DNA of 53,242 nt from Nemertoderma westbladi (lineage: Eukaryota > Animalia > Xenacoelomorpha), in assembly GCA_032718475.1 (NCBI GenBank), contig JAUCBJ010008090.1, forward strand, positions 1 to 53,242. The letters are read 5' to 3'. Below the pieces are notes generated by a model. The model searched no databases. It worked only from the letters and a program-made list of their open reading frames with translations, and was not told the DNA's origin. The position numbers and the translations under genes were made by a program. The number at the start of each line of letters is the position of its first letter. Position 1 is the stretch's first letter. Below are positions 39,301-48,732 of this stretch, one piece after another.

Positions 39301-39772
39301 AGCGCTAACACCCGCGCATTTCCTACTGAAGAAACCTGTAGCCATGCTCCCACAATCGGAAATCACAGACGGAGACGAATACTGCCGGCAAACTTGGCAA
39401 CTTATGCAGTTGTTATCCCGTCGTTTCGCTGACCATTTCGAGAAACATTATCTGCCCACACTACAACTTCGAACTAAGTGGTTTGTGCAGCAAGAAAACG
39501 TCAGCGCTGGAGACATGATCCTTATTGTAGATTCAGATCTTCCACGTAAGCGGTGGCAGACAGGTCGTATCATCGAGACTCACATCTCGGATGACGGTTT
39601 GGTGCGATTGGTAGAACTCGTCGTCATGCGACGTAACTTCAAGAAACCAGGAATTGTCTTTGAGACACAGCAGCTCAATCGCCCAGTTGGTCGTTTGTGT
39701 TTACTGGAAAGAGACAGAGACTCTCCGGAAACTATGGAAGACAAGATACTCTTCCCACGACCACCTCCCTAA
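36357..39772 (+). CDS. pol: BEL/Pao LTR retrotransposon Pol (RT, RNase H/Pao A17 region, integrase), 5'-truncated; gag and protease absent
   Basis: YYLTHH, RVVFDGSA, SLN..L.PGPNL, DIEGMFLQV, YMDD, LHVFGDAS, YWTD, NPADIASRG, H..LYH..C..C, GVDLFGP, SDKGTNF, GGSWERL and W.TGRI. The frame is open upstream of ATG 36413 to ~36357. Confidence 0.95.
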
Positions 39773-40338
39773 TCCAACAAACATCTAGGGACTCCCCAGC
39801 TTAGTAGCATCTGGAGTGGGTGTATGACCATATTATTTTATATTCTTATTATTTTATACTTATGTATGCATTATTATGTAATTTTATTATAATCGTTTTA
39901 TTTAATTTTATTTAGTAGAATGTTATTTAGCGATTATTTAGTAGATTAGTGCAATATATATTTGCGTTTATTACTTAATTACTTATATATTATATATTTA
40001 GTGCGACGGCGAGAAATAATTCTTTTTTCTCTTTCCTTACTGTCCGTATTACATTACAAATACGTAACTACAGTAAGATGAAATGTCGGTACTTATTAAA
40101 GTACAATAAAGCTCCTACTATATTCAAGTATTATTGGTAGGCAGAGTATTAGGAATGCAAAGTTCAGATCCTCGTGTCTCGGCTAAGCCAAGCTCTGGGT
40201 AGACCTTGGAAACGACTTGCCTCTTCACACTGACATTGCTTCGTGCGATATTGCTCTCCTACCGTATATTAAATAATACATATAGTAGCGTGATGTCCCT
40301 TTAACAGTAGCGTATAACGCAAAATAAATCTGTTAAAC

Positions 40339-40620
40339 CCTTTGACCATCTGCAATTCTAGTCGATTAAGATATCGCGGCACCCACCGATATACTTGAAA
40401 GACAAATTTCTAGAATCAGTGGTTAACGTCCCCAGACAAATTCTGGAATAAACTGGTGCCCATCCTAAATATTAACTTTTAATATTTATAAAATCTGTCA
40501 AAATTTAGATCCTTTGAAATTCTAGTCGATTAAGATATCGTAGCACTTACCGATACTCTTAAAAGAGACAAATTTCCTAGAATCAAGGATCCCAGTCCCC
40601 AGACATGTTCTGGAATAAAA
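40339..40620 (+). repeat. Two ~110-bp diverged direct repeats between pol and the downstream ORF
   Basis: AATTCTAGTCGATTAAGATATCG..CCGATA..GACAAATTTC..TAGAATCA..GTCCCCAGACA..TTCTGGAATAAA occurs twice. Confidence 0.85.
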
Positions 40621-41438
40621 TTGTATCTATTTAACATTAAATAATAAAATTTACGGGAATAAATTTAAATTCATATTTTAATGAATTCCATAAATTGTCA
40701 TTTTATACAATTTATAACATTCCCAAAATTCCTTTAATTAATAGATCATGGGAGCGGAGATTCACCCTATTAAGTGTATTAGTGTGCGAGAATCTCCAAT
40801 ATATAGTCAATAGCCGATAAAATTCATAAAATCATGTATAAAGAGGATATTGACAATTAAAGAATTACTATTAAATAGCATCCCAGATCTGTATGCATGA
40901 GAATTACCCTAATTCTACCGCTAGCTTTCCATAATGTCACCATGGCAACAACCACGCTAGAATTAGAAGCGAGTTAAAAGGAACAATAGAAGGCTTGACC
41001 CATTGAATAGCATAGGGAATAAATAGCGCACTGCTAGTATCCAAGGATACATAATAATAAAGTGACATTCTGGAAGGCACTGACTAACGGACAAATGGCC
41101 CGAATGTGTACAGTTTGTAACAGTTGTGTTGAATTTGTGCGTTATAGGTGAATGTTACTACTAATGTGTGTTTACAGTAGCGAGTCGCAATTGTGAAAGT
41201 AGCCCTAACTCTCCAGAAAGAACCTGAAGTACATCTAAGCCTTTGGGACGGACAGTGGAGTGACTTGTGCCGGTTATCGTGGTCGTTGTGTAGCTACATC
41301 GTTGGCGAAAACACAGCGACGACGGTACATTGGCGCTGAGGATCTTGCACTGTCCGGGGGCAAAAGAGGGGTAGGCAGCGACGCCCGCTAGCCTAAAATA
41401 TAAACTCATTATAATATTGATAGACTCATATAGCAGAT

Positions 41439-41708
41439 ATGACTGAGTTGATAGAAGATTATCTTGGTATCAGGGAGCGATATACTCTACCTTTACAAGC
41501 GTTCGTCGATAGCTTGATACACGGTGATGTTGGTCCAACTACTACGGAGGACGATGGGCGTTATATCGAACCGCCAATGTCCCAGGAGCAACTTACGCGT
41601 GAATTGGACTATAGAAAATTCACCGCTCGCTATACGCATCGTAATGGTAAGTATATGGACTTCTTAACTACTGGTCATCCTATCGATTTACACGATATGG
41701 AAATGTAG
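41439..41708 (+). CDS. 89-aa ORF, probable N-terminus of the downstream long ORF split by a -1 frameshift
   Basis: Starts with ATG and overlaps the long frame, which is open from 41651 and has no ATG before 41789. Confidence 0.5.
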   Translation: MTELIEDYLGIRERYTLPLQAFVDSLIHGDVGPTTTEDDGRYIEPPMSQEQLTRELDYRKFTARYTHRNGKYMDFLTTGHPIDLHDMEM

Positions 41709-41770
41709 AAACATATACTACACAATATTTAAAGTATAGAGATCTACCTAATGCTAGCGAATGCGCTACC

Positions 41771-43954
41771 TTGTGGCATCCAGTGGGAATGACTCTCGAA
41801 AACGCCACTAAAGAGTGGAATGAGACTCTTGACGTTATCGAGATGTATTACGATAACGAAGGTAGCGTTCCGGTTGGAGAACTGGGAACTACGCGAATGA
41901 TACACATACGAGGACTCGCTGGTTCTACCCACGTATTTACTCGAGCGTGTTCCGATGTGATTGATTATTCTTTTGAGACTCTTACTGAGACACAAAAGAA
42001 ACTCCGACATGGACAATTCGAACTCGCGCAGCGTTATGTCACCGACACCGAGCGCAAACCAGCCATGGGCATCGATGGATCGATGTTACCCCAGCCCGTG
42101 CTCGAGATGTTGTTTAACGAAAGAATCCTTAAAATCGGCTCAGCTGTTTATGGAGATCTCCAAAACAACTTTCGGAACATGGAGAACATTCCTTATCCTT
42201 TCGTTGATACTCAGCTGATTGCTCCCTGGGCAGAAGGCAGAGGTTTCTTCCGCACTATGTATGCTAATACACCCAGCGGCATTACTAAAGTACAACGAAC
42301 CTCCATCGGACATCTTGCCTTTCAAGAATACGGATGGAATTTCAAGGTTGGAAATCCTACCAATTACCAACAAGTATATGGAGATCATTATTCTCGTTTA
42401 TACTTTGATGGACCATTGACCGCATCTGGTGCCGTATATAGCTTTATGAGTGTTCCACTTCGTCTCTCCTTAGCTATATACACGATCTTTGAAAACGCAG
42501 CACTTGCCGGTTGGCTAGCCGATGTGTGCAGTCGTACCATACGCGCCCATCCCTTAATACTTGGAACCAAACTCGCTAAACTAGATGAACACAATAAATT
42601 CATCCGCTTCGAATGTTTCAGGCGCTTTCTGACTCCGTTCCGTAACGTTGATAGTCAGTTCAAGGACCGCGCTCTGACCAAACTCAGCCTAAGAGACTCA
42701 GCTGCGGAGAAGCTAAACAGCGCGGGATTTGCCCTTTTCCAGGACGTTTGTATACAGAACTTACATTCATCTGTTATACAAAGACCCCGAATACCCACGG
42801 GCTATTCTGTCGTGGAAGTTCAGACAGTGGGTCCGCTCGCGGAGACAGCCGCACCTACCTCAGCTATGCAATTGAAAGACGAACCAATATGCTTAGAATC
42901 TGAGGCGATTCAGCCTACAGCGCCCCGGAGCAGCGATAACGACTACGTCTTAGAGTGGTATCAAGGTCCACAATGTCTCACTGCATACGATTATCGACAC
43001 GCCAACTATGTTTCTCGAAAACATTGTCGATTATGCGCATCGAGAGACCATTTCACCCCTATGGACTCAGACGTACCCTGCTCCTATTTCCACGAACAAC
43101 CGATGATGGAGATCTATTGTGCGTACTGCAGACTTAATAACTCGCATATTTTTGCAGTCTGCCCCCAATTTATGACTCAATGCCACCACTGTCAACTAAA
43201 AGGACATGCCAGTTATGATTGCCCTTTTAATCGCGATTTAGAAAGCGTAGATGAGATGATCACCCTGCGCTACATCCGGGCTTGGGAAGTGAACGTGGAT
43301 TTACATTGTGAGTCCCGCCATCGCTATTACCCTGGACGCGCTTACGAGGGAGTTTACGCGTTCCATCCTTATCTATTCGCGTCTGTTGAACAGAAAACAC
43401 GCACACCGAGTTACGAATTAATGAAGCGTGTTGGTGAGTGTATTTCCACCAAATTTGTGCGAAAATATCTCAGGAACGTCAATCCTAACGATATTACTTC
43501 ATACCATTTGATCAATTTCATCCGTCAAGACCCTGAGTATGGCGATTTATTTGTCAACTCACACCCTGAGTTACAAGAAGTATCTCGACGGCCCTACGAA
43601 TATCGAGCCCGAGAACGCGAACTGGAAAGAACCATTAAACCGAGAAAGTTTCTCACCACTCACGGTCTGCCTACCGCTAGTGTCCAGACGACTCGTCAGG
43701 GACCCGTAGGAGCTGCTGTCCTCAGACGCGCTCTAAAGGCCGTTAGACCTCGATCCACTGAAGTTGATATCAATCAACCAGGTACTTCGACTGGTGGATA
43801 CACCGACCGTAATCCTAAACCTTCTGATGCAATTGTATTGCACCCTTCACCCAGGAGTTACAGCCCTCCTAGTAAAGTGGCTCGCCCCAAAGAGAAAAGG
43901 ACTCTTGCTAGCCTCAAAAAACTGCGTAAACGCCGTCCGCGCAAGAAAGACTAA
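41771..43954 (+). CDS. Accessory protein: DEDDy (WRN/EXD/Mut-7-like) 3'-5' exonuclease-like domain, three CCHC zinc knuckles and a basic tail
   Basis: Uninterrupted 727 codons. Exonuclease-like motifs YYDNEG, LPQPVLEMLFNERILKIGSAVYGD, FVDTQLIA, SIGHLAFQEYGWNFK and PLTASGAVY. Knuckles CRLC..H..C, CAYC..H..C and CHHCQLKGHASYDC. C-terminal KKLRKRRPRKKD. Confidence 0.75.
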   Translation: MWHPVGMTLENATKEWNETLDVIEMYYDNEGSVPVGELGTTRMIHIRGLAGSTHVFTRACSDVIDYSFETLTETQKKLRHGQFELAQRYVTDTERKPAMGIDGSMLPQPVLEMLFNERILKIGSAVYGDLQNNFRNMENIPYPFVDTQLIAPWAEGRGFFRTMYANTPSGITKVQRTSIGHLAFQEYGWNFKVGNPTNYQQVYGDHYSRLYFDGPLTASGAVYSFMSVPLRLSLAIYTIFENAALAGWLADVCSRTIRAHPLILGTKLAKLDEHNKFIRFECFRRFLTPFRNVDSQFKDRALTKLSLRDSAAEKLNSAGFALFQDVCIQNLHSSVIQRPRIPTGYSVVEVQTVGPLAETAAPTSAMQLKDEPICLESEAIQPTAPRSSDNDYVLEWYQGPQCLTAYDYRHANYVSRKHCRLCASRDHFTPMDSDVPCSYFHEQPMMEIYCAYCRLNNSHIFAVCPQFMTQCHHCQLKGHASYDCPFNRDLESVDEMITLRYIRAWEVNVDLHCESRHRYYPGRAYEGVYAFHPYLFASVEQKTRTPSYELMKRVGECISTKFVRKYLRNVNPNDITSYHLINFIRQDPEYGDLFVNSHPELQEVSRRPYEYRARERELERTIKPRKFLTTHGLPTASVQTTRQGPVGAAVLRRALKAVRPRSTEVDINQPGTSTGGYTDRNPKPSDAIVLHPSPRSYSPPSKVARPKEKRTLASLKKLRKRRPRKKD

Positions 43955-44032
43955 CTGTTTAGAGTATTTTTATATTTTAGAAACTGTGATTTTTTATATT
44001 TTATAGAATTAAATCCCATTTTCTGGGAGCGG

Positions 44033-45224
44033 TGTAAAAGCTTTTGCGGGATTAGCTAGTCATTTTTTCCCCGCAAAGTACTCTGTAGATGTTTTAACGG
44101 ACATAAAAGCCGTTTCCTTACTGTACCGGTATTTTAGTGGACATAAAAAGCTATTCTTCTGTATGTGTACTTTGGTGGACATAACTAGCAATCTTATGCC
44201 GCAATACGCGATAATACTCTCTACACAGTGTAGTTCAGATTACGACATCTATCAGCTGATTTGCTGTACTCGTGGCATTTTTCTTTGTTCAGGCCCACTC
44301 TGTGCAATCACTCGACCAATCAGCGTGATTTTCAGTTTATTACACAGAGGCCTCCGGGAAATCGCGCAATGCATTATGGTTTATGTTTACCTTTTTCCTT
44401 ATGCCACGAAGACTGGCTTTGGAATCTTTGTGTTTTCAGGCTTTAGCCCAACATTAGTAGGCTTAATTATAGAACGTATATCTGTTATCATATCAATCCG
44501 GACCAAATCATACTTACTTATTTGATCATACATTTTTCCTAATTATATCTTAACATTAATACTGCTATTTACTGTCGGTTATTCATTATATCAGTTGATG
44601 GAATATTATATTTGGAATATCGATAAATAATAACAAACCCTCAATCTTCTTGATATACTGAAGGTAAGAGAGACCGGTTACATATAACGATTGCGACTTA
44701 CATTAAAGTGGTTTTGAAGTAAGTCTAATGCTATTTCATAGGCACTACGAGTATCAGTCGTTGTTCTCTTTATATGTGACTAAAATTAGTGAAGGTCGGC
44801 AGATTGGTGTGCAGTATTGTGCAGTAGTGTGTATGATTGATACTGATAACAAAGCATCTCCTAAAGAATGCGCCATATACGTGAATCTATAGCCATCCAG
44901 TTGTGTCTAGTTTAAGTCATAGCTCTGTTTACATATTTAGAGCGCCACGTCCTAAAGGAACTGTTAATATTTCCCGAAGGTGAATAATATTTGTCAGAGA
45001 TTATATATTACGAACAGTCGAATAATACAGTAGGCTTACACCGCAATAAGATTAAGCCCACGAATCCAGTCTCCCGGGTATATCCAGCGGGTGAATGGTC
45101 GCGCATAGACTGGCTTCGGCTAATGTAGTGTATCCAATACTCGTCATAGGCTAAAGTCGATTTATTATCTAGAAGACATCCTAATTTGGCAGGTTAAACT
45201 GCTAAAGGTCTGAAAGCGCGAACA
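44033..45224 (+). repeat. Candidate 3' LTR (~1.19 kb)
   Basis: Purine-rich GGGAGCGG directly before TGT at 44033. Non-coding, and ends CGAACA exactly where piggyBac coding sequence begins. No second copy in the window to confirm. Confidence 0.55.
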
Positions 45225-45226
45225 CT

Positions 45227-45847
45227 TATGTCCCTAATCCATATCTTACGATCGATGAACAACTCTTTCCATGCAAGACCAAGTGCCGCTTTACCCAATA
45301 TATGCCGGCCAAACCCGATAAGTTTGGGATCAAATTTTGGCTCCTAGCTGAAGTTGATTCAAAGTATTGTTGTGGCATGCGCCCATACTTGGGAAAAGAT
45401 GATACCCGAACTGAAGGGCTGGGAAGCCACGTTGTGAAGGAGCTGATGTGGCCACACCTGCGCAAAGGTTATAACGTCTGCACCGACAACTTCTTCACAA
45501 ACTTGGATATCGCACGGTATCTGAAAGACAATAAAACATCAATGCTGGGCACAGTAAGAGCCAATCGGCGAGAACTGCCTCCAGCTACAGTCACAGCCCT
45601 ATATTCCAGCAATTTTAAATCCAATACTGGCATCCAGTTGGTGGAATACAGAGCAAAGCGCACGAAGACCGTATGGATGTTGTCGTCGCTACACGCTGGC
45701 ATTGTCACTGGACCGGAGCCCAAATGCAAACCCCAATCTGTCATTGACTACAACAGCAACAAATGCGGCGTGGACATGCTGGATGCGATGGCAAGGCGAC
45801 GTACAACCAAATGTGGTACACGGAGGTGGCCTATGGCAGTGTTTTAC
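45227..45847 (+). pseudogene. piggyBac transposase catalytic core fragment (PGBD4-like)
   Basis: TIDEQL, YMPAKPDKFGIKFW, TDNFFT, GTVRANRRELP, YNSNKCGVDMLD and TRRWPM. Truncated on both sides. Confidence 0.92.
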
Positions 45848-46560
45848 TGCTGAGCTTGTTACTAACGTCCATCCATTTCCAATGTCATTGTACTTCATGG
45901 CAGTGTCTTCATGACAAATCCGATGTTCTTGGATGCAGATGATGTCAATGTTATATTCCATTGCCAGAGCAACCATGTCACCCTGTTTGCTCTGTGCTTT
46001 CAGTGTGCGTGCGTTCATTGTAGCAATCTTTAGTGTCTTTTTACATTTCAACAGGTTGGTTCTTCTTTCTTCTCTGTCTTCTGTTCCAGTAGCCAATTTA
46101 TCGACCCCAGCCTGGTGTACCACTGAGGGATGCGGTCCTTGTTGACCCGGGCGATGACCGAGCCTGTATTTCTCCTGGAGGGTTCTCATACTCATATCTT
46201 TCAGTTGCGGAAGTAAACCGCTTGTGGTCGCAACTCCTACAAGCGTCTTCGCAGTAGGTCGCTGTTGGTTGATTACCTTCCGCCGACCTTGTCAGCATGT
46301 CTAGCCGTTGGTTGATTACCTTCCGCCTATCCATGGCCTACAGCCCTGCTGCCGACTGTAGGGGTCCATTTGTTACACCCTGAACCAAGTGTGCCTCCTG
46401 GGTAAGGTTACCTAACACTGGTAGAGGAGCATCCAGTATAGACAGGGCGGGGCTTGTATCATCTCTAATGCAGATGCGTATCAATGGTGCCCTAGGCGCT
46501 ATAGCCCTCAATGACTTATTTAGTTGACGGGGCTGAACCAACCCACTCTTGATCAAATAA
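45842..46560 (-). mobile_element. 5' end of an RTE LINE (5' UTR plus N-terminal AP endonuclease), 3'-truncated
   Basis: ORF from 46195 reads LLKCKKTLKIATMNARTL, IDIICIQEHR and GWTLVTSSA. GC-rich UTR has a 21-bp direct repeat (46264-46284/46307-46327). The 5' boundary is approximate. Confidence 0.82.
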
Positions 46561-46607
46561 ATAATGAATAGGCTATGCTTATCGGGCCTGCCCTACTGGG
46601 CTGACAG

Positions 46608-47285
46608 CTACAGGTAGTACCACATTACTGCCATAGTGGTAGCAGGATCTGGGGACCTGACCTGATCTGAACATCCACTAACTATTCCCCTAGCATCCAC
46701 TAAGTAAGGCTCTACGTACACTACTTCAGGCTCCATTACCCCGGATTGCCACAATTCAAACAGTTCCGTGGCGACCCCCCATGCTCTATCACTCGCCAGT
46801 TCTCCCTGTCCAAAACGGACTAAATATCGAAAATGTTTATTCGACTCACCTAGCCTCTGATGTAGTTTAGGCTGGTCTACCATTCTCCCTTCTTTGGCCT
46901 CCTTAGGTAACTTCTTGGTGGCGTTGTAGGCCCCTCGTAGCCGATCACTCGTCCCGACGTCCTCTTTGCCAACTTCTCCTCCTCTCCTCATCCGGCGTTG
47001 TACCGGCGGCCCTACCGTCGCCGTTCCAGTGGGCCATCTGTTGCCCTTGGCCTGTGGCTGGCCGGCGACTTTGGTACTCCGACCGCCATCATGCGTCGAC
47101 TCGTCTCCCTCTTGTGGTTGACAGCCGCCCTCCGCTTGGGCAGCCGGATCGTCTCTCATTGGCAAATCCGGCGTGGCAGGCCAATACCGTCTCATCGCGG
47201 CCTCACGGATCGTTTGGTTGGTATCGTCCAGGGTCCGCGGCGGCGTGCTCTCTTCCTCTGATAATCGGGGCTCCCTATCGCTCAT
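46608..47285 (-). CDS. 225-aa ORF of unknown function, possibly the gag-like N-terminus of an LTR element
   Basis: GC-rich open frame starting ~90 bp after a candidate LTR end. Charged low-complexity N-half; no domain recognised. Confidence 0.4.
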   Translation of the reverse strand: MSDREPRLSEEESTPPRTLDDTNQTIREAAMRRYWPATPDLPMRDDPAAQAEGGCQPQEGDESTHDGGRSTKVAGQPQAKGNRWPTGTATVGPPVQRRMRRGGEVGKEDVGTSDRLRGAYNATKKLPKEAKEGRMVDQPKLHQRLGESNKHFRYLVRFGQGELASDRAWGVATELFELWQSGVMEPEVVYVEPYLVDARGIVSGCSDQVRSPDPATTMAVMWYYL

Positions 47286-47376
47286 CTCGATCTCTTTGTT
47301 CTTGCAGTCACAGTTTATTGGCAGGTGGTAAAGTTAATGACTGAGACGGGATCGGAGATCCCGACCGGGTTAGAAA

Positions 47377-47930
47377 TGTACGCGTCACCGTTCTGCTGGG
47401 GATCGTGCTACTAGCTTTGGCCGAGGCCGTCTGGGAAAAACAGTGAAAGTTCCTGTTGTCTCTCGATATTAATTAATATGGACGATAATAGCACATCAGA
47501 CTGATATAAGCAGAAAATACAGATTGATTGTTACTGGTATGGTGGTGGCGGTCATTAACTATGACCGGTGTGCACTCACTGAACTGAATAACACAACTGA
47601 CCAGTAAACCAGTAATGTAAGATAATATATGATTAATACATCGAATATTGGTTTACCTCCTACTCTACCTTTGGCCCTCTACCCAATGGATGCTTTCCTG
47701 TTCCTTATCACGTGCTTCCCTCCCCACTATTGGCTAATATACTACTTTGTCACTTTGGCACTCCCTGGGAGTGTTTCCCCTCCGCTGCTAGCCTCTACTA
47801 GCTGCCTTCCCTCCGAGGTGGTTTGACCTCTCACCTTTCTCTGTGGCTTTGGGGCTTGTGTCGCCCCCCCCCCCCCCCCCAATGTTGATTATGATACGAG
47901 ATTAATATTGGTAATCTCGTATCCCCAACA
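47377..47930 (-). repeat. Candidate LTR (554 bp)
   Basis: Minus strand reads TGTTGGGG...CGTACA, with a 12-bp hairpin at 47893-47923. No canonical TGG PBS and no partner LTR. Confidence 0.35.
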
Positions 47931-48732
47931 TATTGCTAAAATGCCACTAGTCCCATTTTCTGGTGGGTAATGAAGTGTAATTGAATCCGCTTACAGGCAG
48001 TTCCGCCTATGGATACATTAATATTTTATCTGGTACTTTCATACTAATTTTTTGCATTTTGTCTTTTAAATTATTCTATAACTTGTTAGCCATTGATTAA
48101 AGTAATCAATCCAATTCTAGGACAAAAATATTTCTTGTAGAACATATATTAACATGTACTAGAACAAATTTTTTTTCCAGAACAATTTTATTGCTTTCTA
48201 ATTTTGCAATTATTTAAATGTTTTGAACATGTTAGCTATATTTAAGTGAAATTAATGTTCTGGAATAAATATTATTTGTTCTAGAAACTTTTTTGGAATT
48301 ATAAGAACAAAATGTAGCCATGGGCGGAACGATACACCCATAAGAACGAAATCTACAAGAACATAATTAAATAATAATATTAATAAACTTATGTATAACG
48401 CTATGTTCTTGACGCTATAATACATTACAATATTTACACTAATAACTAATTAATTTATATATTATTCACTGCTAATGTTAAAACAATGAACGTATTAATT
48501 ATTTTCTTAAACATTTCTAAGAGCTCGAATTTCTGCCAACTAGTGGCGGCGCATTGTAATAAATAAATGTAGCCACAGACAGGTGGAACTTTAATATCTA
48601 TTTATCGTTATTAAGTTAGCCAACTTTTGTGAACTATACAAATTTTTACTTAAGTACATTAGTAAGCGTGCCATAACTAACTAGTACCACAGTCGTCGCA
48701 CTTAGATCGCGCTAAAATATCCCTCGCTCACA

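Noticed and set aside
42030-42065. YVTDTERKP as the ExoI motif
   Set aside because: Only ~11 residues before the LP helix, too close for the fold; YYDNEG fits the spacing better.
41771-43954. env/fusion glycoprotein
   Set aside because: No signal peptide or convincing C-terminal transmembrane segment; zinc knuckles and a basic tail suggest a nucleic-acid-binding protein.
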